63,641 bases of DNA, filler included, from Octopus bimaculoides (GCF_001194135.2; 7 parts of 6 records of this genome joined end to end with filler, not necessarily neighbours in it); one strand, 5' to 3'. Positions 50,661 to 63,641 are shown, numbered from the whole stretch's first letter. The notes: generated from the sequence alone by a model not told the origin. A program made the numbers and translations.

Positions 50661-51584
50661 TTATTAATTTATATGTCTGTATGTCTGTATATATATACAT
50701 ATNNNNNNNNNNNNNNNNNNNNNNNNNNNNNNNNNNNNNNNNNNNNTTAATTAATTAANNNNNNNNNNNNNNNNNNNNNNNNNNNNNNNNNNNNNNNNNN
50801 NNAAATAAGACGGGTTTCTAAACTTTTCCATATATGCCAAACGATGTGAATAATACTAATATATGTAACAATAATACTGTTAAGAAAAAGCAACGTCAGC
50901 CATTGTGTCATTGAATTGCTTTGTGAATCTGGTGTATATAATCTTGGATTGCTGGCAAAATAGCTCCACTACCAAAATACTCGAAACATCACAGATTAAA
51001 CACTTCATTTTTAATAGAAAAGTAAATATTCATTATGTTACCTAATAAAGCTTTCACCTACCGGCCTATTCCACTGAACACACAAACACACACACACACA
51101 CACACACACACAGAGACACTCACACACACAATCAACACCACTCGGTTATACATTCTTAATTACAAGCACATACAAATTCCAAAGTATACAAACTGCAGCT
51201 GAGTACACACAAAAAATAATGTATGTAACATATGCATTCAAAAGTAATTTCACATTACTCTCAAACGCACTTATACACAAACATGCACAGATGCATACAT
51301 ACGCACTCCCCCCCTCTCTCTCTCTCTTTCTCTCTTACACACACACAAATTGCATATAATGCATATATAGATTATTCATTTAAGCACACATATACACATG
51401 GCTGCGTACACCCAATTGTATATATTACATGTATGCGGCTATAGGGATTGATGTATGTACACACATACACATTCACATTCACATACCAACACATACATAC
51501 ATACATACATACATACATACATACAGATATTTCTAATTGCCAAACCAGTTTTAGGGAACACTGTTTACTGGTAAATGAGTCCCA

Positions 51585-51790
51585 TCTATGTTAAGAGAGC
51601 ATCTACCGAATTGTTCGGCCTGCTAGAGATAGCAGTCAAATATCCTCCATATCGCATTCTACCGTCTTAAAGAGGCTTAAGAGGGACTATGTCAACTTGG
51701 TTCTCTGCAATTAAGGAAAAGGTGAGATGATCACGGTTGAAATTTTTTTCATCATAGGTCTGTTTGTGCAGGACTGACGTGGCGTTAAAT
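51585..51790 (-). mobile_element. dispersed repeat family D (SINE/MITE-like); related pieces at 28560-28620, 47410-47470 and 47583-47755
   Basis: shared TTTAAC(C/G)C..GTCAG..CTG..AGACCT..TATGAT and GCTATTTCTAGCAGG-like blocks. Confidence 0.5.
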
Positions 51791-51794
51791 AATA

Positions 51795-52086
51795 ATGATG
51801 GACTCCCTCGTCGTAGACGACGTATTAGCGTTCAGCTTTGGCCGAACGACCTACACAAATGATTTGTTTATAGCGACCAAACGTTCGTGCCGCACATTAG
51901 CTCATTCTCTCTCCATCAAATCAACGCTGTCTGAACAGGTGTACTGTGCACTACGCATCAGGTGTCGAAGTGATCGCAGAGCAACGTGAGATGAAGTGTT
52001 TTGCTCAAGAACACAACGCACCACCCGGTCTAGGAATTGAAGTCACGGTCTAGCGATCATGAGTCAAGACCCTAAACACTAAGCCA
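51795..52086 (-). mobile_element. tRNA-derived SINE family E
   Basis: minus strand TGGCTTAGTGTTTAGG A-box, ACTTCAATTCCT B-box, GTGTTCTTGAGCAAAACACTT. Confidence 0.7.
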
Positions 52087-52116
52087 ATAATAATAACAGC
52101 AATAATAATAACATTA

Positions 52117-52663
52117 TGCCCTGATGCAGTACCAGGCAGTGGTTCTCGTGGCTTCTGATCTTAACTGATTGGAAGTGTTATCATATACATTGTTTTGCCT
52201 TGGTATAAAAGATGGGCTACAGCAAATATTCTGCTCCATACCACAGATTTGCTTGTCAGTTCTTTGACCTTAACCAGTTGAGCATGTCCTTTAGTGGCTG
52301 ACGATATGTGCATCTCTGATCACGAGCAGAAGTAGCAGGGGAGCATCATAGCCATGTACTGAGAGGAATTCTTTGGGGTTTGGATAATTCACCTTTGGAA
52401 ACATGGTTGTTTCGTTCAACATCCTTAAATAACCTTTATCCAGGGACCTTTTGAGCAGGATGGGCTACTCGACCTGAAGAAAATTCTAACAGGGCTCCAC
52501 CTGAGCGCTGTTTATCTTGATATGAGATCACCATGTCGCGCACATATAGCAGTGATGCATGTGCTTGGTGCACCCTTATCAGACGGGTAGCCATGATGGG
52601 TATACTGGACTTCGTATATTTTACCCCAGTGTCATTTCGATGGCATGCACTGTTCTCTCACTA
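52117..52663 (-). mobile_element. ~550-bp non-coding retroposon-like element (family F) embedded in AAT repeats; truncated copies at 41722-41860 and ~24640-24680
   Basis: GGCTTCTGATCTTAACTGATTGGAAGTGTTATC..AAAAGATGG.(C/T)TACAGCAAATATTCTGCTC shared between copies; (AAT)n on both flanks. Confidence 0.65.
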
Positions 52664-52719
<56 letters not shown>

Positions 52720-52721
<2 letters not shown>

Positions 52722-53100
52722 GTTTTAAATTTCGACACAAGACGAGCAATTTCGAGGAAGGAGGCAAGTCGACTACATCAATCATCGATCCCTGTCCTCA
52801 ACAGGTACTTATGTTATCGACCTCGAAAGGATGAAAAGCAAAGTCGTCCCCAGCAGAATTTAAACTCAGAAAATAAGAAGAAATAAAATTATGCTAAGCA
52901 AATAATGATAATAATAACTTGGGCACGAGGGCAGCAATTTTTACGGGGAGTGTGCCAGCCGAATACATGGTCCTTAGTACTTGACTGGTATTCATTTTAT
53001 AGACCCTGAAAGAATAAAAAGTACGACTGACCTCGACAGGATTTGTACTCAAAAGGTAAAGATACGGAAGAAATGCCACAAAGCATTTTGTCCAGTGCTC
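52720..53100 (-). mobile_element. two degenerate SINE B copies; others at 55085-55260, 55430-55570 and 58345-58546
   Basis: ATCGACC..GAAAGGATGAAA..CAAAGTCG reverse-complement central domain. Confidence 0.7.
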
Positions 53101-55849
53101 GTTTGATTCACCCAGCCAACAGCAGACACAGAGTCACGTGGAAACTTTCTTCGCTTAAGATAAAGTACAAGCCATGAAGTGGGGGCGATATTATGGTCCA
53201 CACCTCTCCTATCCCATTCTCAAAATGTGTCATCTTGTGTCTGCGTTAAAAATCATTGGGACATATAAGGAATCATTTGTTCAATTGAATGCCTCCCCAG
53301 GGTAGATAAAAGGCGCGCCGGCTAAGTGTTGAAGATCGATACAATCGATTGTACCTTCCCACAAAAATGTATAGCCTTGTAACAATGTTAGAAATCAATA
53401 TTATATTTGTCAACATCTAACCTGTTCTCACTCGTCTTGGCCAATTTCCGTTGTAACTAGCTGCATACAAGTAGTTGGCCGAGGTGTAGGACATTGCCAA
53501 GAAAGAACAACAAAGAGACAAGTTAGAATACATCGAGTATATAACTTTGCTGAATAAAGTTTTAACATTTTATCTAAAGTTCACGGAAATTTTTGCTTTG
53601 TCCTCGCTAAGATGCTTTCTTTTTTTTTTTTAACTGTTACACACTTTTTCTCATCTGTATAATTTACATTTCGTACATATACATGGTAGAGAGTGTAAGA
53701 ACTTCGTTAATGCCCTAATCAATTTGAATCCATCAAAAACATTCCACAGGGTAGACCATTGGAACTTGTGCTACAGTCAGCCTATTTCAAGCCGTATGGC
53801 ATTATGTGTTCAATGGTTTAAGAAAGTGGCCATTTGTCGGAGGAGTTCGACATCAAATGCTCTTGTTGACTAAGTCTCCGAGTTCTCCACTTTTGCACGT
53901 GTTAGCAAGACAGCCTCCACCAAGAAAGTTAAGGATTTAGAGGCGCGTTTTCCGTGAGCTTGGTCAATGAAATACGACGACGTGAATAACTTAATATGGT
54001 ATTGGACTCTCTGAAAAGCGGTGATGCGTGCCAAACTAGCCAAAGCGAGCAGATGTTAGAAATAAAGTTAAACCACGAGACATCGACCAACTTAGTTTTG
54101 ATTGCTAATGAAGCAAATCTATTCCAATGGATATTTCTTGTAGGAATGATGACTTGGTTAAATTGCTTGAGGTCTGGTTTAGTCTAATAATTCAACTGGC
54201 GAAAAACTAGTGGGCGAGGTAATGAACAGAGAGGAAAATCCACACAGGAATGTAATGCGAATAAGCTTCCTCGAAAGAATGTTGCTGACTAACGGATATA
54301 ACTGATGACCGTGCCTTGTGACTGACCGAATTATACGTAGAAATAATACATCTTTGTCGTAAAAGCGTCCATTTACTGTCAGCAGTAATTTGCAGGTTCT
54401 CGGTATTTTAGTTTTGCTGACGTGTGGACATGCTGTGATGTTCAGATATATTTCTTAAAAAGTATATTGCAGAAATACAATATCGAAGACATAATTGAAA
54501 ACGTAAATAATTTATTCACGGAAAATTTCCATTCATTGAATCCCTATTAAACATTTGCGTTCCTTCAGTACAAACATATTAGCATAATATTTACACCTCT
54601 TATATCAACTAATATATATCACTGCTTCTGTGCATACATTATACTAGGGAAGATCAAATCTTCTGAATTTTAGAGTTATTTCAACATATTTATCGTTATT
54701 AGATTAAATATTTTATGACTTCACTAATCATTTACTCATAGCTAACAACTTGTTTGCAACATAAATTACGAGCAACTAAGATTTTAATATAGGTATTATA
54801 TTTGTAAATGACAAATGTTCGTATGAGGAACTGGTCATAGTCCAAACTATACAAAAAGAAATAAGCTGAAGTCACAGAGAGGTCATGAGCCTTCAGCCAT
54901 TTCAGTTTGATGAGCTGCCTATACTGCAAATCGTTTTATAGGTGTGAAACCAAAGTTCATTCTTTGACTGGCCATAACTTTTAACTTCCTAAAAAAAAAC
55001 ATATTACTGCTCTAATGCAGTAATAGATTTGTGTGTTTCTTTTTCCGACATATAGACTACTGACGATTAGATGTGTGTGTGTGTGTGTGGTTTCGAATCT
55101 TGGTACGAAGTTAGCAACTTTAGGTGAATGGGGTAATCGATTACTTCGACTCCAGTATTTCACTGGCACTTATTTTATCGGCCCCGAAAGGAAGAAGACC
55201 AAAGTATGTGAGCTCAAAACCAGAAGATATTCCACCATGCATTTTGGCTGACGGCTAAGATAAATATAATATATGTATGTATGTATGTATATTAACCATT
55301 GCAGAATTTGAACTTAAAGCATCAAGATAACGAATCAGTCATGCCATCATACCAAATAATCTGACGTTGTAGCACCTCCGACAATTCAACATTTTTTATG
55401 CATATAATTTGGATTTGTCATATTCATAAAATGCCACAAATTCTGCAGAGCGGTATAAACGATTTACTCGGACCCAATACTGGCTGGTATTTATTTTAGG
55501 GATTCTGAAAGGATAAAGGGCTAAGTCGACCTTCGTAGGATTTGAACACAAAACGTTAAAAAATGTAACTAACAATCGCGCGGCTTTTTAATCCTATACT
55601 CCCAGCCTAGTGTAAACCAATGTTATGTGTACAAGCGCGTATGCGCGTGTATGTGCGTGTGTATGTGTGTAGCTTTTTACATTGGTAGTTGAAAATTGCA
55701 TTTAACGGGCAGACTATTTGGATAATATATATATATATATATATATATANNNNNNNNNNNNNNNNNNNNNNNNNNNNNNNNNNNNNNNNNNNNTTAATTA
55801 ATTAANNNNNNNNNNNNNNNNNNNNNNNNNNNNNNNNNNNNNNNNNNNN

Positions 55850-57354
55850 GCACAGTTTTTCTGTAATTTCATGTTTTCATAATCTTTTCTTTTCATAAAT
55901 TTTACTTTCTGTTTAAGGTGCCAAGTCATCATCAAATTCTACTCAGGATGTCAAGGCATTGCAAGAACAGTCCTGATATATTTTGTTATGTCTGTGGTTC
56001 ATTTACCACCAAAGCTCAGCAACGTGTCATCACAAGTGAAATCAAGAAGGTCTACCAGTTATACTTTGGCTGCTCTCTCGGGATCAAGATAAGAGTTGGG
56101 CCCCGCATATCATCTGCTCAGCTTGTTCAAATGGAATAAGGGATTGGCTAAATAAGAGGAAGAGAGCAATGCCGTTTGCAATACCTATGATATGGAGAGA
56201 GCCAAAGGATCATTTCATGGGTTGTTATTTCTGCAGCGTTAATGTATGTGGGTTTACTATAAAGACCAAGCATAAGATTGTGTATCCCAACTTGGAATCA
56301 GCAAGAAGACCAGTACCACACAACGATGATGATCTTCCTATTCCAATACCACCAGAAAATGGCCTTCAGATGTCTGACGAAGATGTATTTCCAGAAGAAA
56401 ATGCTACTGCTGTGGAAGACACTGAAGTGGATGCAGATTTCACGATTGAAAATGAAGACGTACCACAGAAATTTTCTCAGGGAGAGTTAAATGATTTAGT
56501 TAGAGACTTGTCATTGTCGAAGGATAAAGCTGAACTATAAGCATCTCGCCTACAAGGAAAGTGTCTGCTTAAGAAAGATGTTTGTATTACTCATTTCAGG
56601 AAGAGAAATAGGGATCTNNNNNNNNNNNNNNNNNNNNNNNNNNNNNNNNNNNNNNNNNNNNNNNNNNNNNNNNNNNNNNNNNNNNNNNNNNNNNNNNNNN
56701 NNNNNNNNNNNNNNNNNNNNNNNNNNNNNNNNNNNNNNNNNNNNNNNNNNNNNNNNNNNNNNNNNNNNNNNNNNNNNNNNNNNNNNNNNNNNNNNNNNNN
56801 NNNNNNNNNNNNNNNNNNNNNNNNNNNNNNNNNNNNNNNNNNNNNNNNNNNNNNNNNNNNNNNNATTTTCTTGATTCACATCTGGACTTTTTTGCAGAGA
56901 ACCTTGGAGCAGTGTCTGATGAGCAAGGGGAACGCTTTCATCAAGATATTGCATCGATGGAACAACGATATCAAGGATTTTGGAATGCAGGAATGTTAGC
57001 TGTCTACTGTTGGATGTTATACAGGGATGAACCTGAGACAAAACACCATAGAAAGTCCAAATCCCAAAGATTTTAAGTTGTTATGCATTCGAGTGTATTC
57101 TAACTTATTTGTACACAATAATTTTAATTTTGTACAATAAAAAGCCATGAAATTATCGTATATTGTATTCCTTATACTTTATATAGACATGCTTTACGTA
57201 TCCTATACGTTAAAACAGCAGGTATCATTAACATGAAAATGTGACCTGATAGAGGAAATTGGACTTCAGATTAGTAATCAGCATCAAGAATTAACCCAGA
57301 AAAGTCAATCAGCTACTCTGATGATTAAAAAAAGTTTCATTTTGTTGACCAGTG
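55850..57354 (+). mobile_element. CMC/Chapaev3-like DNA transposon relic
   Basis: CKNSPDIFCYVCG..YFG..DQDKSW.PH..MPFAIPMIWREPKDHFMGCYFC (Cys-rich N-terminus) and HLDFFAENLGAVSDEQGERFHQDIASMEQRYQG..YCW (C-terminus); right end ..GTTGACCAGTG followed by TAA; family name from recalled motifs, left end lies in a gap. Confidence 0.7.
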
Positions 57355-58988
57355 TAATCATAATGAGTTAGTTAAACATTCCTTACCTGTTTCTTTTTTT
57401 TTTTTTATCTTCTCCAAAGGAAAAGACCGCTTTGCCATGCGGCTAGCAGTACAACGCCAAAGAAAGTTAGTTAAACATTTCTTCCCCCCCCCCTTTTAAT
57501 CTTGTCCAAATATTCCTATCTAGCTACTGTAATGAAAAGATCGCTTTGCCATGAGGCGCCCACCGTCCCACCTCCACCACCTCTTCCCCGTATTCAAACT
57601 GGGAGCGAGGCAATTTTTCTTTTTTTTCTTCGGTCGGGACGTCGGCGACTAAACCGGCAACCCCTCAGAGCTTGCTCTGTGAGGAGGGTGTATGATTCTT
57701 GCTATTTTGACACTCTACAGCAAGAAGAACAAGACCTGTATAAAGGCTAATTAACTCTTCTTCAGTGGGGGAGAGTTCCACCCAGGGATAACCGAGGAAC
57801 CCCACACATCCTGGTTACCCCGACCACCAGGGGCACCTCAGCAAGTGCCTCTCTCCTTCTCAAATCCTCCGGCAAATCCCAATCTCTCAGCTGTTCACAG
57901 GTCCATTTATAAATCTAAGAACCCTATAATGATTACAGAGAATACTCATGTCACCAATATTTAAACTTTCAACCATATGTTTAGTCTTTTTGACTTTCTC
58001 TCCATTTTCATTTTCTGTTCTGACTTACACACGTTCCCTTATCTGTTTAAGTACTCTCTGTGTCTTTCATTTATATTTTCTCTTCTACGTTGCCGTTTCC
58101 TTGCTTGTTGTAGTGATTCGATCCTTTGCTTCTTACACAGAATGTAGCCAATGAATGTTTTGGGGGAGTAACCAACGAACACAAACAACATAATGGAGTA
58201 TGACATTTCATAAACGAAGTGAGGAGAGCCAACCTTTGGAACAGTGACTTGAGACGTAGATCTACGTCCAAATTCGAAACCAAGACCCTAATGGAGAAAC
58301 GGTGGGTCTACAACTGTTGAACACAGTTCACTAATAATTATTTCTACTCTAGGCAAAAGGCCTTGAAAATTTTGGGGGAACGGAGCCAGTCGATTATATC
58401 GACCCCAGTGCGTAACTGGTGCTTAATTTATCGACCCCGAAAGGTAAAGTCAACCTCGGCGGAATTTGAACTCAGAACATAAAGACAGACGAAATACTGC
58501 TAAGCATTTCGTCCGGCGTGCTAACGATTCTGCCAGCTCACCGCCTTCTCAGTTCCCTAATAATGAAACAAGAGGTGAGACGTGTTTGCCTTTATTGTTG
58601 TGGCAAGTAGAGAGTGAAATAGATAAATTAAAGTACTACATGTGTAGTAGCTTGGAAGAATGTAGTGCTTTGATAGTACCATACGTAAAAATGTATTGGC
58701 TATAGTAGTATCATCATATTTAGAAGTGTAATAGATTTAAAAGTCGCAGAAGTATAGATATATTTGCAGTTGACCATTTTTAGTAGTACCACACGTAGAA
58801 ATGTGTTAGATTACAGTGGCAACACACAAAATTGTTATCTATAGAAGTGTCGCACTGAGAAATGTGTTAGGTGAAGTTATCACACAAAGAGTAATATAAT
58901 AGTTATATGTGTTAGCTTTTGTTGTAGTAGTAGTCGTAGTAGTGGTAATAACAACAGCAGTAGTAGTAGGTGGTGGTGTTGGTAGTGA

Positions 58989-59021
<33 letters not shown>

Positions 59022-59845
59022 ACACTGAAAACATTTACTGATTTTTGACACAGATTACTATCATATCTGCGTCGTTTATTACACTGCTAAGTTACTCGAG
59101 TGCCGATATCTGGCCGGGGGTCATTCATCTTTCACTCATTCATTTATTCGCCCATCCACCCCTTTCTACCTATCTAGCTATCCTAGAGCCATCCATTCAT
59201 CAATCCATACACCCATTCATTCATAGCCTCTTTCTTTCTTTATTTCTTTCTTTCTTTCTTTCTTTCTCGTTTCGCTTCCTTCCACAAACAGGATGCTCTT
59301 TCATAAGAATTAACTATTCTTCTTACAACGCTTTCTCGCAAGCATCATCTTAATTTTTCNNNNNNNNNNNNNNNNNNNNNNNNNNNNNNNNNNNNNNNNN
59401 NNNTTAATTAATTAANNNNNNNNNNNNNNNNNNNNNNNNNNNNNNNNNNNNNNNNNNNNCAAACTTTAATTTTTTATCAGTCAACTAAGAATAATATCAA
59501 TGTAATCAGATTTTTTATTAGTTGACTAATAAAAATTAAAATTTGCTGTGTGGAAAAATATTAAGCATCACAATTTAAGTCGAAAGTTGTAAATGGCTGT
59601 GAAGTTGAGATATTGAGGTTCTGGCCATATGAGACAGTACACTGTCTCATGCTCCTTGAAAGTTAAGTAGTTTGCGGTAGGAAGGACATTCAGCCGGGAG
59701 AGAAAAAAACCCCAATTATTTCAGTAAAAACCATTTCTTCCATATTAACTTGACAGAATGTAAAACAGTAGAAAAAGAGATGCAATGGGCAGTATTTGGA
59801 TAAGCCCTTTAATCCTTTAGCATTTAAACTGGTCGTATATATATA

Positions 59846-60671
59846 CAGGGTGATTGAAAGGTGGCTTCCTGTTTTGGAATGCTTATAATTTATAATTTAT
59901 TTCTTAACTATGATTTTTAGAAAAAATGAATATGTGAAGAAAGCGTATAGCATGGAGTTTTATTTAAAATTTGATATAGGTACCAGCATTTGCCACCAGC
60001 TTCTCAAGCCACCCAAGAACCACATCAACTGATTTCATTAGGAACTTTTGTGAGATGGGAGACATAACTTCTCATATTTGCCCTTCAACTTCTTCCAAAG
60101 TCATTGGTTTGGTAGAGTAGACTTGCTCCTTTAACCAACCCCAAAGAAAAAAAGTTGCAAGGTGTTAAATCAGGGCTTCTGGCTGGCCATTCACAAACAA
60201 CAATAGCAAAATGTGGAGGAGCGCCATCTTGCATAAAAATCAAATTTTCTGTATTATCCCAAGTATTGATAACTGGCCAGATTTCATCTTGCAGCTTGGT
60301 GAGGCACCTTTCAACATTCATGGTATTGCAAAGGATGAAAGGACCCCCAATCCTGTCTGAAGTCATTCCATACCATACAGTTACCATGGACCAATTCTAC
60401 ATCTATTCAGAGGTAATACAAGGATCTTCTCCTGCCTAGCACTAGCAGTTGTGACAGTTCACAAACCCACTGATGGGGAATACCGCTTCATCACTCCTGA
60501 GGATATATTTTTAAAGAGATCAGACGATGATTCTAGGGCTTCTAAATTTGAAACAAATAGAATCAAATCCCATACATTAAAGAACATACACAACAAATTT
60601 GAGAGAAAAATTATTGTTAATAAATAAATTATAAGCGTTTTGAAGTGGGAAGTTGCTTTTCAGTCACCCTG
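59846..60671 (-). mobile_element. internally deleted Tc1/mariner-superfamily transposon (DD37D/DD41D-like motifs)
   Basis: ~45-bp imperfect TIRs CAGGGTGA(T/C)TGAAA.. with TA on both flanks; FMQDGAPPHF..WPARSPDLTPCNFF. Confidence 0.88.
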
Positions 60672-61679
60672 TACATACACACGCACACACACATATATAT
60701 ACATACATACACAAATACATAAATATATATATATGTATATATACATACATACACAGATATATGTGTTTATATGCATACATACATATATACATATATATGT
60801 ACATATACACGTATATATGTATATACACACGTGAACATATATCCATCATTGCTAGACATATGTATATGTATGTGTGTGTGTGTGTGTGAGTATGATTAAT
60901 TCCCCAACAACTGACAACAATAATTTCTTGTATAGTGTAATTACCGTCTTCTAACAGACTGGCAGCCTTTAAATTTAATGTCTTCTAAATGGCCACTCCA
61001 CCCTTTGTGGAACTGGATTATAAATATGGAAATAGCAGCACCGACCGCATCATTCTATCCTTCGTTGATTCCAGTCAAAGATGACAGAGAAACGTATCAA
61101 CTGTAATGATGTATTACTTTATAATCATTGTGGTTTTATTTCCNNNNNNNNNNATACATACATACACAGATATATGTGTTTATATGCATACATACATATA
61201 TACATATATATGTACATATACACGTATATATGTATATACACACGTGAACATATATCCATCATTGCTAGACATATGTATATGTATGTGTGTGTGTGTGTGT
61301 GAGTATGATTAATTCCCCAACAACTGACAACAATAATTTCTTGTATAGTGTAATTACCGTCTTCTAACAGACTGGCAGCCTTTAAATTTAATGTCTTCTA
61401 AATGGCCACTCCACCCTTTGTGGAACTGGATTATAAATATGGAAATAGCAGCACCGACCGCATCATTCTATCCTTCGTTGATTCCAGTCAAAGATGACAG
61501 AGAAACGTATCAACTGTAATGATGTATTACTTTATAATCATTGTGGTTTTATTTCCTTTTAATTCTAATTGTTAAAGGATACGCTGGTTTAGATATAAAG
61601 ACCTTGCTTATGTGTGTGTGTGTATGTGAGTGTGAGTGTATGTGTCTGAATGTGTGCTTTGTGTGTGTGTGTGTAGGGT

Positions 61680-61915
61680 GACACATGAAATGTTTCGCGC
61701 GGGATCGTTGCTGATGCCCCTGGACTGGCTCATGTGCGGGCGACACATGAAATCTTTCGAGCGGGATCGTTGCCAGTGCCCCTGGACTGGCTCATGTGCG
61801 TGCGACACATGAAATCTTTCGAGCGAGATTGTTGCCAGTGCCCCTGGACTGGCTCTTGTGCGGGTGACACGTGAAATGTTCTGAGCGGGATCGTTGCCAG
61901 TGCCCCTGGACTGGC
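61680..61915 (+). repeat. 62-bp tandem array derived from the RTE 3'-UTR motif
   Basis: GACAC(A/G)TGAAAT anchors at 61680, 61742, 61804 and 61866; truncated by gap. Confidence 0.92.
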
Positions 61916-62015
61916 NNNNNNNNNNNNNNNNNNNNNNNNNNNNNNNNNNNNNNNNNNNNTTAATTAATTAANNNNNNNNNNNNNNNNNNNNNNNNNNNNN
62001 NNNNNNNNNNNNNNN

Positions 62016-63641
62016 AAATAATGTTACCAATAATAGAAATTTAATTAACGTAAATAATGATAAGAAAAGACCTACTAATAATAACCTATCCTGCTCAAAC
62101 AAAAGGAATAAAAATGTAATACAACCTGATAAATGCCTACACAACCATATTAACACCAATAAAATACCTAGCTTAAGAAATTATAATAAGGACCATAAAA
62201 ATAAAAATAGGAAAATTACTTTACATAACAAAATAGATCCTAATAAGATAACTACCAATGATAATAAAAACAATAACATAACCCCAAATACTTATGATAA
62301 CCACAAACCCCTTTCATATTACAAATTTAGAAGAAAAAATTCTATATGGCTTAACATCCCTTACAACTATGCAGTTTCTACAAACATCTATAAGAAGTTT
62401 ATGGATATCTTGCAAAAACATTTCGACCCTAACCATAGATATTATAAAATCTTCTCTCAACACACAATCGGTATCTCATACTCTACCCTCCCCAATGTAG
62501 GATCTATTATCAATAAGCTAAATAGAAAAAAACATTAAACTAGCTAGGACCCTTGAAAATAAAAATTGTCTTATTATTGATAACAATACAAATAACTACC
62601 AAACTATTAATAACACCAACGCAACCAATAATCATGCACATGTTAATGAACATATTAATACTTGAACTGTTAACATAGTTGATGAGATAAATCTTACTAG
62701 CTCAAACAATATCAATTGCATATCTAATAATACAACCAGCAATATTCATGTAAATAATTTAGATACTTGTATCAATAATCAACATAGCAATATATATATA
62801 GCTAATAAGCCCCTTAGCTGCAATTGTAGAATTAAAGCCCACTGTCCGGTATCTGGCCGTTGTTTAACCCGTAATGTAGTCTATAAATGTACAGTAACTA
62901 CTCCAACTAATAATTACATTTATGTTGGTTGCACAATCAACCTTAAACAACGATTATATAATCATTTTTCTTCATTTAGACTTAAACATAAAGCCAATAG
63001 CACATCATTATCTAATAAAATTTGGGAATTGAAGGAAAATAGTATTGATTTTAATCTTAAATGGGAAATCATCAGGTGAGCACAACCTTATAGAAATAAT
63101 AGATATGGCTGTGGACTGTGCTCTATGAAAATTTACGAAATTTTTTAACTTAAGGATAACCCTAATCTAATTAACAATAGATCTGACCTTAGGGTTCTAT
63201 GTGTGCATTGTTACTCCCGCACCTTTAAATATTTTAAAAAGTAAATAATTTTTTAAAAAGTAAATCCTACTAATTTTTTTTAATTTTTTAATTTAGTTTC
63301 TATCATTTCCCTGACTAATAACTATTTTATTTGAGGTATGACTTTTAATATATACTTAGAATACATTTTAACCTTTCCCAACCCACTGATAGTAGTCCTA
63401 CATTTTCTCTAAGTTATTCTGAGTCTTTTTCGAAAACCTTAGCTTTATTTCTCTTAATTTAGTCCTGTTTTTCTAACTCTATTCCTCTCCCTTTTTTTCC
63501 TCTTCCCTCTTCCCCCCTTTCTTTCTGTTTGGATTTTGGCCATTAATATTATAGTTTTACCCATAAATAATACCACACCACATTGATTTATATCTTATTT
63601 TAACTGGATATGTTTATCTTGTTCTATTATTATTGTTCCCT
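62016..63641 (+). mobile_element. Penelope-like retroelement 3' portion (post-RT linker + GIY-YIG endonuclease), inactivated
   Basis: MDILQKHFDPNHRYYKIFSQHTIGISYSTLPNVGSII (62401) and CNCRIKAHCPVSGRCLTRNVVYKC..YIYVGCTINLKQRLYNHFSSF..STSLSNKIWELKE..CGLC..LINNRSDL (62801-63244), with stops and a frameshift. Confidence 0.88.

Noticed and set aside
58225-58310. GACGTAG-AT-CTACGTC hairpin and GACCC..GAAAC..GGGTC as hammerheads
   Set aside because: The catalytic CUGANGA is absent and the cleavage triplet is not NUH.
61154-61555. Apparent ~400-bp direct duplication of ~60742-61143
   Set aside because: Identical copies separated by a 10-N gap; most likely an unmerged overlap (likewise 7590-7680).
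63380-63445. CTGATAG...CGAAAA in the Penelope 3' region as a hammerhead
   Set aside because: Core incomplete and stems do not pair.

Overview
Eukaryotic, AT-rich, repeat-saturated DNA. The SINE, RTE, Penelope and microsatellite content resembles an octopod cephalopod genome such as Octopus; this is an inference from recalled repeat families, not a database match. I found no intact host protein-coding gene, rRNA, tRNA gene or CRISPR array, and almost all long ORFs in the track are microsatellite or N-gap artefacts. The window is several assembly pieces joined by six N44-TTAATTAATTAA-N44 spacers, and some sequence is duplicated across gaps. Real content: (i) two abundant tRNA-derived SINE families plus minor ones; (ii) a decayed ~2.6 kb RTE-clade LINE (APE + RT, with a PHD-like Cys cluster) and several RTE fragments; (iii) two R4/Dong-like restriction-endonuclease LINE fragments, one embedded in (AAT)n; (iv) two Penelope-like GIY-YIG remnants; (v) mariner, Tc1-like, Tigger-like and Chapaev3-like transposon relics and several MITEs; (vi) tandem arrays built from retroposon parts. 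The most interesting signal is a set of sequence-unrelated fold-back elements (13436-13589, 45780-46712, 49851-50660, more weakly 19951-20215). Their arms carry type-I hammerhead-ribozyme motifs on opposite strands, and one of them encloses a Penelope GIY-YIG ORF remnant. They look like ribozyme-bearing, mostly non-autonomous Penelope-type or retrozyme-like units.
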